Positions 51,641 to 63,733 of a DNA stretch of 64,000 nt are shown here, one piece after another (position 1 is the first letter of the stretch; each line of letters starts with the position of its first letter). Under the pieces are notes generated by a model. That model searched no databases, was not told the origin of the DNA, and worked only from the letters and a program-made list of their open reading frames with translations. The stretch is from an uncultured delta proteobacterium (GTDB taxonomy: Bacteria; Myxococcota; UBA727; VGSZ01): NCBI GenBank assembly GCA_963775425.1, contig CAVZJB010000016.1:512001-576000 (forward strand), in the 5' to 3' direction. The position numbers and the translations under genes are program-made.

Positions 51641-53196
51641 CGGGCGGAGTTGAGCACGTTCCGCCGCGCGTTGTCATCCCGCGGGCGCGTCATGATGGCC
51701 TTGCGGATCGACGCGAGCGGCGCCCGGTCGTCGAGGTGGACCGCGTCCTCGCCGGCGCGCACGATGCCGAGCGCCGCGAGCAGGTCGTCCACCGGCGGGA
51801 AGGGAGCGCGCAGCCCACGGGCCACGATGCCGCGCACATCCACCTCGGGCGCCGCCTCGGCCCACCACCCGACGATCTCGTCGGCGGCACGGTAGGTCAC
51901 GTCGGCGGGCTCGCGCACGCGGACGCCCGCCACGAGCTCGTCGAGGGAGCGGCCCTTTTGCCGGAGCGCGACGTCGAGGCGCAGCAGGATCGCGGCGCCG
52001 CCCCAGTAGACGGGGACGTACTCGTAGCGATCGCCCATGTGGTGGCTCGCGTCGGCGAGGGTGGGCTCCACGCTCTGCGCCTTGCCCCGGTCGAAGCCGT
52101 CCACCAGCGCGGCCCAGGCGACGTCGTCGTCGAGGAGCCCCGCGCGCCCCCGCGCGATCTGTTGGTAGTACGAAGCGAGCCCCTCGGAGAGCCACGCGTC
52201 CCGGCGCTTCACCGGCGGGATCAACAGGTGCGAGAGCTCGTGCACGCCGACCCACTCCCCGAGGAGGTCGGCGTCGCGGGCCCGCGCGGACACGAGCACC
52301 ACCGCCGCGGGGCCGCCGCCGCGGATGGCCATCCCGAACGGCACGGCGCGGCCGCCGTTGACGGGCAGCAGCAGGATCTGCGCGCGCGGCACGGGGAAGC
52401 GGCCGTCGACGAGGCTGACCGCGCTCGCGGCGGCGCTCAGCCAGCGCACGAGGCCGGCGTCGCTCGCGCGGATGGCGCCGGGGACCCGCGCGACGCGGAA
52501 CGTGGCGCCGCCGACGGCGAGCGTCTGGTGCTCGAGCGGGCCGAAGGCCGCCTTGCACATCATCGTCCACGTGGTCTCGCCGACGACGTAACGGCCGTCG
52601 TCGTGCTGCGCCCAGGGCACGCTCGCGGTCATCCCCTTGGGCAGGTGCAGCCGCAGGGTGCCGGTGACGCCGGCGGGCCATGGCACCGGCCGCCACAGCC
52701 AGATGTCCGGCGACGTGATGAGCACCCCTGCCCGCTCCTGGATGTTGTCCCGGTCGTCGAGCTCGGCGGCGGCGCGGCCGAGATCGAGGTCGAGATCGGC
52801 GCAGTCGGCGCCGAGCCCGGCGAGCTCGATGCCCTTGTCGCCGACGGCGAGCTTTCGCCCGGCGCCGTCGAAGGCCGCGTCGACGTACGGGAGCCCCGCG
52901 GACACCTGCGGCATCAGCCGCGTCCTCGGGGCGCTCCAGCAGACGCGCTCGTGCATCTCGAACGCGGGGGACAGCGTGACGTCCCAGGTGACCTCGAGCG
53001 GCTTCGCCGCGGGGGTCGCCGCGGCAGGCGCCGCGGTCGCCGTCATCGTCATCGTCGTCGTCGCCGTCGGGCGCGCCGCCGGGGGATCCGCGGCGCACGC
53101 TGCCAGCGAGAGGATCGTGAACGAGAGCGTCGCGAACGAGCGGGTCGCGAACGGGAGGCAAAGCGCGGCCGCCCCCCCGGGCCGGCGATCAGTCAA
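51637..53196 (-). CDS. Gluzincin metallopeptidase lipoprotein (M61-like)
   Basis: Lipobox LAAC; VHELSH, WLSEGLASYYQ, VYWGG. Confidence 0.8.
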   Translation of the reverse strand: MTDRRPGGAAALCLPFATRSFATLSFTILSLAACAADPPAARPTATTTMTMTATAAPAAATPAAKPLEVTWDVTLSPAFEMHERVCWSAPRTRLMPQVSAGLPYVDAAFDGAGRKLAVGDKGIELAGLGADCADLDLDLGRAAAELDDRDNIQERAGVLITSPDIWLWRPVPWPAGVTGTLRLHLPKGMTASVPWAQHDDGRYVVGETTWTMMCKAAFGPLEHQTLAVGGATFRVARVPGAIRASDAGLVRWLSAAASAVSLVDGRFPVPRAQILLLPVNGGRAVPFGMAIRGGGPAAVVLVSARARDADLLGEWVGVHELSHLLIPPVKRRDAWLSEGLASYYQQIARGRAGLLDDDVAWAALVDGFDRGKAQSVEPTLADASHHMGDRYEYVPVYWGGAAILLRLDVALRQKGRSLDELVAGVRVREPADVTYRAADEIVGWWAEAAPEVDVRGIVARGLRAPFPPVDDLLAALGIVRAGEDAVHLDDRAPLASIRKAIMTRPRDDNARRNVLNSAR

Positions 53197-53851
53197 CGGC
53201 CTGGCCGCTGATGTTCACGCCGTCCATGTACTCGCCGCGGATGTACGCGTTGCCGTCGTCGTCGAACAGCGCGAAGGTGCCGTCGCGGGCGCCGTCCTTG
53301 TAGCTGCCGACGCGGCGCAGGGTGCCGTCTTTGCGGTACCACCGCTCCTGTCCGTCGCGCTCGCCGTCCTTGCGGCCAATCTCCCACTCCTTGTTGCCGT
53401 TTGCGAAGTACCAGGTCTCGGTGCCGACGAGCTTGTCATCGGCGTAGACGCCCTCGAAGCGCGGGGTGCCGTCGGCGTACAGCTCGCGCCAGAGGCCGAC
53501 GCGGTTGCCGTTTTTGATGTCGTAGTCGCCCTCGATCCACAGGTGGCCCGACGGGTGCCACTCGCGCCGCGATTGGAGGCTGCCGTCGACGGTGGTGATC
53601 TCCGAACGGCGCTGGACGGTGAAGGGATAAAAGCGCACCTCGTGGCAGACGACGGCGTCGTCGCGCGTCTCGCAGCGCCGCACGCCGTGCTCCGAGAGGT
53701 AGAGGCTCACGCCCGCGAGGACCACGGTGACGCCGACGGCGATGCGCGCGGCGCGCCCCGCGCGCTGTCTCATCGATTGCCGGACCAGGGCGCGCCACCA
53801 CACGGGGGCGAGATCGGCATCGGCGGCGGGGGTGGACGGCAGCTCGTTCAT
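53189..53851 (-). CDS. Membrane-anchored MORN-variant (YwqK-like) repeat protein
   Basis: TM followed by repeated G.W..Y..G/EG.Y.DG units. Confidence 0.8.
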   Translation of the reverse strand: MNELPSTPAADADLAPVWWRALVRQSMRQRAGRAARIAVGVTVVLAGVSLYLSEHGVRRCETRDDAVVCHEVRFYPFTVQRRSEITTVDGSLQSRREWHPSGHLWIEGDYDIKNGNRVGLWRELYADGTPRFEGVYADDKLVGTETWYFANGNKEWEIGRKDGERDGQERWYRKDGTLRRVGSYKDGARDGTFALFDDDGNAYIRGEYMDGVNISGQAVD

Positions 53852-53973
53852 GGCGCTCCTCACGACGGCAAGGCGCAGGCGTCGCATCTTCCGTGCGGCC
53901 GGGGGGAGCGGCCGCGCTGTTTCGAGTGTAGCGACCGCTCGGCGCCGGGCGCCATCCGCCCAGGCCGCCTGCG

Positions 53974-54831
53974 TCACATGCGACCGATGCGGCGCCCGAG
54001 GACAAGCGGGCTGCCCGGCGCGCCGGCGTCGAGCGTGAGCCACCCCGGGGTGGCGACGACAACGATGGTGGACCCGAGCTCGAATCGCCCCCACTCCGCG
54101 CCCTTCTCGACGCGCTTCGGGGGGTCGTACGTGCGCGCCGTGGACGCGCCGCCGCCGTCGTTGGTCGTGAGGTCGTCGAAGACCACGTGCACCTTGCCCA
54201 CCATGGTGGCGCCCACCGCGACCATCGCCAGGAGCGCATCGGGCCGGCCGTCTGGCCGGACCAGGGCGATGATCCGCTCGTTCTTGGCGAAGAGCCCGTC
54301 GACGTGCGTGATGCCCGCGCTGTTCACCGGCCACAGCGCGCCGGGGACGTGGCGGGCGGCCACGACGTCGCCGCTCAGGGGCGCGTGGAAGCGGTGGTAG
54401 TCGCGCGGGGAGAGGTAGAGCGTGGCGAAAGGCCCGCCGTCGAAGCGGGCGGCCAGCGCGGGATCGTCGAGCAAGGCCGCGACCGAGTAGGGCCGGCCCT
54501 TCACCTGGAGCGCCGCCCCGGCGTCGACGACGCCGGCCGCGCCCCACGCGCCGTCGCAGGGGGACACGAAGGCGTCCGGCGCGTCGTCGAGGGGCCGCGC
54601 GCCTTCCTTGAGGGCGCGGGTGAAGAAGCTCTGCACCGACGGGAAGGTGTCGAGCGGGTCCCTCACCTCGCCGAAGTCGACGCCGAAGTATCCGCCGAAC
54701 GCCCGCAGGGCCGGGCGACGCACCGGGCGCGGCAGCGGCGTCGACGCGAGGACGCCCATGAAGTGCGACATGGTTCGCTGCGGCAGCACCTTGAGCGACG
54801 CGATGACCGCGCGATCCTTCAGCCTTCCCAT
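53974..54831 (-). CDS. psd: Phosphatidylserine decarboxylase proenzyme
   Basis: FFTRAL, SPCDG, YLSPRDYHRFH, NER, VGATMVG, LGST cleavage motif. Confidence 0.93.
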   Translation of the reverse strand: MGRLKDRAVIASLKVLPQRTMSHFMGVLASTPLPRPVRRPALRAFGGYFGVDFGEVRDPLDTFPSVQSFFTRALKEGARPLDDAPDAFVSPCDGAWGAAGVVDAGAALQVKGRPYSVAALLDDPALAARFDGGPFATLYLSPRDYHRFHAPLSGDVVAARHVPGALWPVNSAGITHVDGLFAKNERIIALVRPDGRPDALLAMVAVGATMVGKVHVVFDDLTTNDGGGASTARTYDPPKRVEKGAEWGRFELGSTIVVVATPGWLTLDAGAPGSPLVLGRRIGRM

Positions 54832-54873
54832 GGGGCGCCGACCATACACCCGCTCCCCGGCGCGAACAGAGCG

Positions 54874-55305
54874 TCAGCCGCGTGCGCGCTCCGGCGGGAT
54901 CGAGGCCAACAGCGCGACCGCCGCAGCGAGGAGGACGACGTCGCGCCCGATCGTCCACGGCGTGACGGGGCCGGTGCCGACGCCGAAGCAGCCGCAGTCG
55001 ACGTCGATCCCGCGCGCGACCACCTGGGCGACGGCGACGGTGAACACCGCGAGCAGCGCGGCGGACGCGACGGCCGCGGCCCTCCGCCACGCCGCGGGGC
55101 CGACGACGATCGCGACGCCGACGACGAGCTCCACCGCCGGCAGCGTGATCGCGAGGAGGGGCGCCAAAGACGGAAGCAGCCGGTAGTTCGCGATCTCGTC
55201 GGCGAACCCGGCGGGATCGCGCAGCTTGGCGAGGCCGGCGGCGACGAACACGGCCCCGAGGCCGAGCCGCAAAAACCACGACACGACCACCCGCGCGCGG
55301 CTCAC
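54874..55305 (-). CDS. MauE/DoxX-family membrane protein
   Basis: LRLGLGAVFVAAGLAKL, PAVEL, GIDVDCGCFG. Confidence 0.88.
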   Translation of the reverse strand: MSRARVVVSWFLRLGLGAVFVAAGLAKLRDPAGFADEIANYRLLPSLAPLLAITLPAVELVVGVAIVVGPAAWRRAAAVASAALLAVFTVAVAQVVARGIDVDCGCFGVGTGPVTPWTIGRDVVLLAAAVALLASIPPERARG

Positions 55306-55829
55306 GGTCCACCGCTGACGTCGTCACAGGGCCCCGAGGCGCACGCGAGCCCCGCGCGGGACCAGGCCTCGAAGCCGCCGTCGAGGAGAGCGACGCGCGC
55401 GCCGGTGTTTCGCTGCAGCAGGCCTTCGGCGACGGGCCGCGCGGCGTCGGTGGTGGCGCCATAGACCACGACGGCGGGCGCGCCGTCGAAGCGCGCGAGC
55501 ACCTCGGCGGCGGCGTGGCCCGCGGCGTCGCACGGCAGGTGCACGGCGCCGGCCGCGTGCCCCTCGGCGAAGGCGCGCGCCGGCCGCGCGTCGACGAGCA
55601 GCGCGCCTTCACGCGCACAGAGCTCCGCGCACGCCGCGGCGTCGAGGACCTCGGGGCCGCGCGCGTCGGCGTCGACGGTGCACGCGGACGGCGGCGCGTA
55701 GCTCGCGACGCGGACGCCGTCGCGCCGAACGGCGTTCTGCACGACGCCGAGCCCGGCGCCGGCGACGACGAGGAGCGCCGCGCGGACGAGGATGCCCGGG
55801 GCGAGGCGAGGTGGAAAAGCGGCGCGCAC
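55302..55829 (-). CDS. Membrane-anchored rhodanese-like domain protein
   Basis: LVDARP..FAEGHAAGAVHLP, LDGGFEAW. Start approximate. Confidence 0.8.
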   Translation of the reverse strand: MRAAFPPRLAPGILVRAALLVVAGAGLGVVQNAVRRDGVRVASYAPPSACTVDADARGPEVLDAAACAELCAREGALLVDARPARAFAEGHAAGAVHLPCDAAGHAAAEVLARFDGAPAVVVYGATTDAARPVAEGLLQRNTGARVALLDGGFEAWSRAGLACASGPCDDVSGGP

Positions 55830-55885
55830 GCCGCCTGAACAACGCCGGCGGCGCGCGTGTTCCCGTCGAGATCCTTGCGTGGTCG

Positions 55886-56212
55886 CTAGCGGCGGCGGCG
55901 GCGCGGCGGCTCTTCGGGAGCGTCGAGCGGCGTGCGGTCGGGGCCCGAGCCCGGCGGCAGCGCCGGCTTGAGGCGCTCGACGCGACGGCGATAGGCCTCG
56001 GGCTGACAGAAGGGACACTCGACGAACGTGAACGACCTGCCCTGCTCGATGATGAGGTTCGGCTTGTAGAGGGTCCCCGCACACGAGCCGCAGTCGGGCT
56101 CCTGCGGGCAGTAGCCGTAGACGATGGGCCGCTCGCCGTTCACCTGCAGCTCGCGGTTCTTTCGGTGGGTCGGGTAATTCACCCACGGGCACGTGCGCGG
56201 GCGCACCCTCAT
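55886..56212 (-). CDS. Small zinc-finger-like protein
   Basis: ATGA-coupled to the helicase; CGSCAG...ECPFC. Confidence 0.7.
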   Translation of the reverse strand: MRVRPRTCPWVNYPTHRKNRELQVNGERPIVYGYCPQEPDCGSCAGTLYKPNLIIEQGRSFTFVECPFCQPEAYRRRVERLKPALPPGSGPDRTPLDAPEEPPRRRRR

Positions 56213-58338
56213 TCGTCGCCGCCCTCGACGAGCGCCCGGGGCGCGGCGCCGGCCTCGAGGGGCGGCGCCGCTTCCGGCGGCAGCACCTCGATCTCCCACG
56301 CCTCGTACAAGCCGAACGGCTCCCCGTGCTCGTCGACGCCGGGCTTGTCCATCTCGTCGACGAAGCGCGAGGGGCGGTGCAGCACCATCGACGTGTCGCG
56401 CGCCCGCGTCACCAGCGGGTGCACCAGGTACAGCTCGTCCCTGGCCCGCGTGACGCCGACGTAGAACAAGCGCCGCTCCTCGTCCTCGCCGCCCGGATCC
56501 TTCAGCGCGAGGTCCGAGGGGAAGGCGCCGTCGGCGAGCCACACCACGAACACGCGGCTCCACTCGAGACCCTTGGCCTGGTGCACCGACGACAGCGTCA
56601 GCTTCTCGTCGGGATCCTCGGCCGCGACCACCTCCTCGGCGGAGAAGCTCTGCACGAGGGCGAGCTCCGAGAGGAACGCCTCGAGGTCGGCGAAGCCGGC
56701 GGCGTAGTCGGCGAGCTCCTCGATCTCCTCGATGCGTTCGCGGGCGTTGGCCTGGGTCTTTCCGAGGACCTCGGCGTAGAAGCCGTCGAGCAGCACCCGG
56801 ATCATCTCGCCGGGCTTCCCGTCGACGTCGGCCTTGGTGATGGAGCCGAGCGTGCGCGCGAAGCGCTCGACGCCGGGCTTGGCGCGGCGGCCCAGCGTCC
56901 CCCCGACGACCTCGTCGTCGTCGAGGAGCGCGCGCGCAGCCTTGCCCGCGGCTTGTCCCCCCACGCGGCCCGCGATGTTCGCCTTGAAGCGTCGCCACAG
57001 GACGTCGGTGGTGGCGTTGCCGATGCCGTCGTGGAGCTTGACGATGCGCCGGAAGCTCAGCTCGTCGTCGGGGTTGTAGACGACGCGGAGGTGGGCGACG
57101 ACGTCCTTGATGTGCGCCTGCTCGAAGAAGCGCAGGCCCGAGCGCACCACGTAGGGGATGCCCCGCCGGGTGAGCTCCACCTGCAGCTCGAGGACGTGGC
57201 GGTGCGCCCGATACAGGACGGCCACCTCCGACAAAGCGACGCCCTCGTCGCGCAACTGCAGCACCCGCTCCGCGACGAACTCCGCCTGCTGGTGCGCGTC
57301 CCGCGTGGGCACCAGCGCGGGCGTGAGGCCGAAGGGGCGCACGCCGCGCAGCGCGTGCCGGAAGCCCTGGCGCGCCTTCTTCAACACGGCGTTGGCGACG
57401 TCGAGGATCTGCGGCGTGGACCGATAGTTCACCTGGAGCGGCAACAGCGTGGCGTCGGGCCAGCGCGCCTGGAACTCCAGCATGTTCTTCACCTCGGCGC
57501 CGCGGAAGCCGTAGATGCACTGTGCGTCGTCGCCGACGGCGGTCACGTTCCGGTGCCCGGCCGACATGAGATCGACGATCTGCCCCTGCAAGGCGTTGGT
57601 GTCCTGGTACTCGTCGACGAGCACGACGGAGTACGCCTTGGTGATCTGCTGGGCGAGCGGCCCGCCCTCCTCGAGGAGCACCTTCCAGTTCATCAGGAGG
57701 TCGTCGAAGTCCATCAGGTTGCGCTCGACCTTGCGCTTCACGAAGGCCTGGCACACCGCCATGATCTCGTCGGCGAGATGCATGAACCGCGGCGCGCGCT
57801 GCTGCACGATCTCGCGCGCGGGCCTCTGCGTGTTGAACGTGGTGGACGCGAGGTCGAGCAGGACGTCGGCGCGCGGGAAGCGCTCCTGCGTGACCTTGAT
57901 CCTGGCGTCGACGACGGCGGCGTCCATGACGTCGCGCGCGTCTTCGCGGTCGATGATGGTGAAATTCTCGCCGTAGCCGATGGCCTCGGCGTGCCGGCGC
58001 AGGATGGCGTTGGCGACGTGGTGGAACGTCCCGCCCATCACCCGTTGGCTGGCGGGCCCGACGAGGCCGGCGACGCGCTCGAGCATCGCGCGGGCGGCGC
58101 GGTTGGTGAACGTGAGGAGCAGGATCTGCTCGGGCGGGATGCCCTCGTCGATGAAGCGCGCCACCCGGTAGGTGAGGGCCCGGGTCTTCCCCGAGCCCGC
58201 GCCGGCGAGCACGAGCACGGGCCCCCGCGGCGCGAGGGCGACGGCGCGCTGCTCGTCGTTGAGCGCGACGCCGTAGTCGATGCCCAACCGGCTGGGGGCG
58301 GCGACCGCGGAGCTCTTGAGCTGAAAGACGCGCGCCAT
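56209..58338 (-). CDS. UvrD/PcrA-family ATP-dependent DNA helicase
   Basis: AGAGSGKT, LTFTNRAA, VDEYQDTN, VGDDAQCIY, NYRS, VHQAKGLEW, EERRLFYVGVTRA. Confidence 0.95.
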   Translation of the reverse strand: MARVFQLKSSAVAAPSRLGIDYGVALNDEQRAVALAPRGPVLVLAGAGSGKTRALTYRVARFIDEGIPPEQILLLTFTNRAARAMLERVAGLVGPASQRVMGGTFHHVANAILRRHAEAIGYGENFTIIDREDARDVMDAAVVDARIKVTQERFPRADVLLDLASTTFNTQRPAREIVQQRAPRFMHLADEIMAVCQAFVKRKVERNLMDFDDLLMNWKVLLEEGGPLAQQITKAYSVVLVDEYQDTNALQGQIVDLMSAGHRNVTAVGDDAQCIYGFRGAEVKNMLEFQARWPDATLLPLQVNYRSTPQILDVANAVLKKARQGFRHALRGVRPFGLTPALVPTRDAHQQAEFVAERVLQLRDEGVALSEVAVLYRAHRHVLELQVELTRRGIPYVVRSGLRFFEQAHIKDVVAHLRVVYNPDDELSFRRIVKLHDGIGNATTDVLWRRFKANIAGRVGGQAAGKAARALLDDDEVVGGTLGRRAKPGVERFARTLGSITKADVDGKPGEMIRVLLDGFYAEVLGKTQANARERIEEIEELADYAAGFADLEAFLSELALVQSFSAEEVVAAEDPDEKLTLSSVHQAKGLEWSRVFVVWLADGAFPSDLALKDPGGEDEERRLFYVGVTRARDELYLVHPLVTRARDTSMVLHRPSRFVDEMDKPGVDEHGEPFGLYEAWEIEVLPPEAAPPLEAGAAPRALVEGGDE

Positions 58339-58404
58339 GGTGCGCCGGTTGTACCGCGCCGGCGGTGGTCCTGAACAGCCGTTTAGCTCAAGGCGCCGAG
58401 GACG

Positions 58405-59064
58405 CTAGGCCGGGATGCGATCGCGGGCCGCGCGCTCGAACTCGGCGATGGAGGCGCCGTACATCGCCATCCCGTAGGGGATGGAGACGATGAGGCCGAC
58501 GCCGCAGGCGATGATGCCGAGCTCGCTGATGATGCCGGCGACCAGGATGGCGACCCAGAACAGCAGGTACTCGGTGCCGCCGGCCATCATGAGGCGCCAG
58601 AGCTTGCCGATCTGCATCGACGACCACGGCTCGCCCTTCACGATGTGGAGGAACAGCATGCCGGGCATCATCACCATGTTCCACAAGGACAGCGGCAGGA
58701 GCAGCACCACGCCGACGACGCTGCCGATCATGGCGAGCGCCGGGACGTGCGCCGAGGCGCCGATCATGGTGAGCACGACGGTGACGATCTCGACCGCGAT
58801 CATCACACCGATGAGCGGGAGGTAGCTGAGGAACAGGCGCCAGCCGGGCCCCATGTAGCCGAGGCCGGCGGGGGGCAGGTCCGTCTCGCCGCGCAGGCGG
58901 GAGTCCGCGTAGGTGCGCAGCCAGCCGGCCGCGTTCAGTCCCGCGATGATGCCGCCCGCGATGGGGACGATGCAGAGCACGATGGTCAGAAGGCCCATGA
59001 GCGCGCACTTCTTGAGCCATTCCTTGTCCTGCATGGGTGCCTGGATGATTGCGCCGAGATCCAC
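58405..59064 (-). CDS. DUF4013-like membrane protein
   Basis: APMQDKEWLKK..GL..IPIAG..GW..LP pattern; multiple TM segments. Confidence 0.65.
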   Translation of the reverse strand: MDLGAIIQAPMQDKEWLKKCALMGLLTIVLCIVPIAGGIIAGLNAAGWLRTYADSRLRGETDLPPAGLGYMGPGWRLFLSYLPLIGVMIAVEIVTVVLTMIGASAHVPALAMIGSVVGVVLLLPLSLWNMVMMPGMLFLHIVKGEPWSSMQIGKLWRLMMAGGTEYLLFWVAILVAGIISELGIIACGVGLIVSIPYGMAMYGASIAEFERAARDRIPA

Positions 59065-59118
59065 GGGAGCCTCCTGGGGTGCCGTTCCATAGCACGTTGC
59101 GGTGCGATACGAAGCGCC

Positions 59119-59540
59119 ATGCGCGCCGTCGTCGCCGTCCTCGCCCTGGCCCTTGTGTCCTGCGCCACCACCACCAAGATCGTGAGCGATCCGCCCGGCG
59201 CCACGGTCACCAACCTCGACGACAAGAAACCCCTGGGAAAGACGCCCCTCACCTGGGAGTCCAAGATGTGGATCTGGCAGAGCGAGCACTTCGAGGTGAA
59301 GGCGCCGCACCACCAGACCCGGGTGATCGAGCTCAAGCGCACCGAGCCCGACGCGCTCCCCATCGTCGCCGCCGCCTGCCTCACCCTCACGTGCTGCGGC
59401 GCCGTCGGCGGCGTCCCGCTCTTCCTCGCCGGCGGCCTCAAGCTCCCGGCCACCGTCAAGGTCACGCTGCCCGCCGACAAGCGCCACGCCGTCGTCGGCG
59501 AGGCCGGCGGCGGCGACGACGACGTCGTCTGCATGCGCTA

Positions 59541-59544
<4 letters not shown>
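59119..59544 (+). CDS. PEGA-like domain lipoprotein
   Basis: Lipobox LVSC; SDPPGATV..LGKTP. Confidence 0.75.
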
Positions 59545-61442
<1,898 letters not shown>

Positions 61443-61540
61443 GCCCGTCGGAGCGTCGACGCGCAAGGGCGTGTGCGCCGGGTCACCCGGCCGCGACCTC
61501 GGTCACCGCCACATCGGGATCCGGGGGGTACAAGGCGCCC

Positions 61541-63028
61541 ATGACCCGCACCCTGCCCCGCCCCGCCGCCGCCCGCCTGCTCCTGTCGTGCTGCGCCGCC
61601 CTCGCCGCCTCGACCGGCTGCGGCCTGCCGAACCTCCAGGACCTCCTCGGGGGCGGGCCGGCCGCCGAGTGTGAGCACAGCCGCGACTGCGCCGACGACG
61701 AGATCTGCGACGGCGGCTCCTGCCGACCCCTGCGCGGCGCCGGCGAGGGCGAGGGCGGGGGCGACCCCGGCGAGGGCGAGGGCGAGGGCGAGGGCGAGGG
61801 CGACGTCCCGTCCGACCCGCAGGGCCCGCAGTTCCTCCAGTTCGCCACCAACGTGACCACGGTGCACCGCTTCGACACCATCACCTTCACCGCGGTGCTC
61901 ACCGACCCGGACGGCGTCGACGACGTCATCGGCGGCAGCCTCGTCGATCCCGGCACGCAGGCGGCCTACGGGGCGTTTTCAACGTCGGCGTCCGAGGGCA
62001 GCTACTCGCTGTCGCTCACCTGGGATCAGGTCAACGTCGTCGCCCCCATCGACTTCGCCAACACGGGCTCGCGCACCTTCCAGGCCCGCTTCTTCGACGT
62101 CGCCGGCCACGTCGCCGAGCGCTCCGCGACCTTGAGCCTCACCTGTGACGGCTCCCCCGCCTGCGCCGGCGACTGCGGCGCCGCCCGCTGCGGCGACGGC
62201 TCCTGCACGTCGGCGAACGACCGCCCCGACGCGAACGGCAACGGCCTGTGCGGAAACGCCTGCTTCGATCTCACGACGTCGTCGCGCTGCGGCTCGTGCG
62301 AGACGTCGTGCTCGACGTCGTGCGGGGACTTCGGCGAAGAGCTCTTCCAGTGCGTCTGCAACGGCGGCGCCGACTGCACCGGCACCGACGTCTGCGTGGA
62401 CTCCACCTGCCTGTCGGACGGCTCCATCAGCATCGAAACGAGCAACCCTGCGTTCACCTTCGTGAGCGTCTCCGCCGGCGGCTTCTCGGAGAACCTCTGC
62501 GACATCACCGCCACGACGGCCACGCTCGTCTGCCAGAGCCAGGGCTTCGCCACCGGCTCGGTCTTTAACACCGGCGGGTTCACGACCAGCGGCGTCGTCG
62601 CCCACTGCACCGGCGCTTCCAGCATCATCGACTGCAACTTCACGACGTCGGGGAGCTGCAGCGCCGACCCGATCTCCTGCGGCGACGGCGGCGGCGGGGG
62701 CGGCGGCGGCAGCATCACACACCACACGGGCGTCAACGGCGAGACGTTCACCAACGACGCGGCGTCGGACGTCAATTCGCTCCAGGGCGCCATCGACGCG
62801 TGCAACGCCCACTTCGGCGTCACCACCTGCGGCGACGCCTGCCCGACCTCCGGTGGCGGCTGCACCGGCGTCATCGTCGACGGCGCCAACCCCTCCACGT
62901 GCACCTGCACCACCACCGAGCCGCTGGTGTGGAACCACGGCGGCACCTCGTGCTTCACCGGCGGCGGCGTCAGCGCCGGCTCGGTCACACAGGCGTGCTC
63001 GACGACCGTCCTCGGCTCATGGGACTGA
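61541..63028 (+). CDS. Cys-rich secreted lipoprotein
   Basis: Lipobox TGC, Cys-rich modules, (GE)n and poly-Gly linkers. Confidence 0.8.
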   Translation: MTRTLPRPAAARLLLSCCAALAASTGCGLPNLQDLLGGGPAAECEHSRDCADDEICDGGSCRPLRGAGEGEGGGDPGEGEGEGEGEGDVPSDPQGPQFLQFATNVTTVHRFDTITFTAVLTDPDGVDDVIGGSLVDPGTQAAYGAFSTSASEGSYSLSLTWDQVNVVAPIDFANTGSRTFQARFFDVAGHVAERSATLSLTCDGSPACAGDCGAARCGDGSCTSANDRPDANGNGLCGNACFDLTTSSRCGSCETSCSTSCGDFGEELFQCVCNGGADCTGTDVCVDSTCLSDGSISIETSNPAFTFVSVSAGGFSENLCDITATTATLVCQSQGFATGSVFNTGGFTTSGVVAHCTGASSIIDCNFTTSGSCSADPISCGDGGGGGGGGSITHHTGVNGETFTNDAASDVNSLQGAIDACNAHFGVTTCGDACPTSGGGCTGVIVDGANPSTCTCTTTEPLVWNHGGTSCFTGGGVSAGSVTQACSTTVLGSWD

Positions 63029-63036
63029 GCTGACTG

Positions 63037-63321
63037 TCAGCGTTTGACGGTGCCGACGAAGCTCTCGAAGAGCTCTTCCTCGGCCTTCTTGTCGTCGACG
63101 CGGGCGGCGGCGGGCGTCTCGTCGTACTTCCGCTCGATCGCGTCCTGCTCGACGCCGGCGACGGCCTCGCGGAACAGCTCTTCGTCGCTCTTCTTCTTCG
63201 CGGGCGCCCGCGCGCGTGGCGCGGCCGCGTGTCCGCCGCCCCTGCTCCGGGCCTGCGGCGCCGGCGCGGCGGGGTGGGCGCGCTTCCAGTCCCTGAGCTG
63301 GTCTTTGAGGTCCTTGGCCAT
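63037..63321 (-). CDS. Small hypothetical protein
   Basis: MAKDLKDQL...SDEELFREAVAGV...EEELFESFV. Confidence 0.65.
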   Translation of the reverse strand: MAKDLKDQLRDWKRAHPAAPAPQARSRGGGHAAAPRARAPAKKKSDEELFREAVAGVEQDAIERKYDETPAAARVDDKKAEEELFESFVGTVKR

Positions 63322-63392
63322 AGCGAAGGTGGCGCGCGGGCGACGGGTATCCGGCGATCGCGAGGATCGCGAGGTGCGAGGGGGAGACCGGC

Positions 63393-63602
63393 CTACACCG
63401 GGACGACGTTGTCGTCGTCGCCGGGGGAGATGTCGAGGACGACGACGCGCGCGGTAGGCGCACCCCGTCCCCGCTCCTCCACGGGCGCGGCCCCCTCGGA
63501 GGGAGCCAGAGGGAGCTCGATGCGGTTCCGCTGGGCGTCTTCCTGCTCCCGGCGGCGCTGCTCCTCTTCGAGCTCGTCGATGATCCAGGGTTCCGGCTTC
63601 AC
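63393..63602 (-). CDS. Small acidic hypothetical protein
   Basis: PWIIDELEEEQRRREQ...IELP; AGGAAGGA RBS upstream. Confidence 0.6.
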   Translation of the reverse strand: MKPEPWIIDELEEEQRRREQEDAQRNRIELPLAPSEGAAPVEERGRGAPTARVVVLDISPGDDDNVVPV

Positions 63603-63733
63603 GCAGTGTCCTTCCTCTGCCGATCATGCCGTGTGGGAAGGAGGCGCAGCAAGCCGCCGTCCGGATCCGCCACCGATGTGCATCACATGTGGGCGCTAAG
63701 GCGCCGGAGTCATGTGGGTTTCGGTCCCATCGG

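Noticed and set aside
53189-53851. Toxin-antitoxin module (YwqK-like)
   Set aside because: MORN-variant repeats are generic, the protein is membrane-anchored, and no toxin gene is adjacent.
56209-58338. Anti-phage (Gabija-like) helicase
   Set aside because: Full-length PcrA-like protein with no OLD/TOPRIM nuclease partner, in a housekeeping context.
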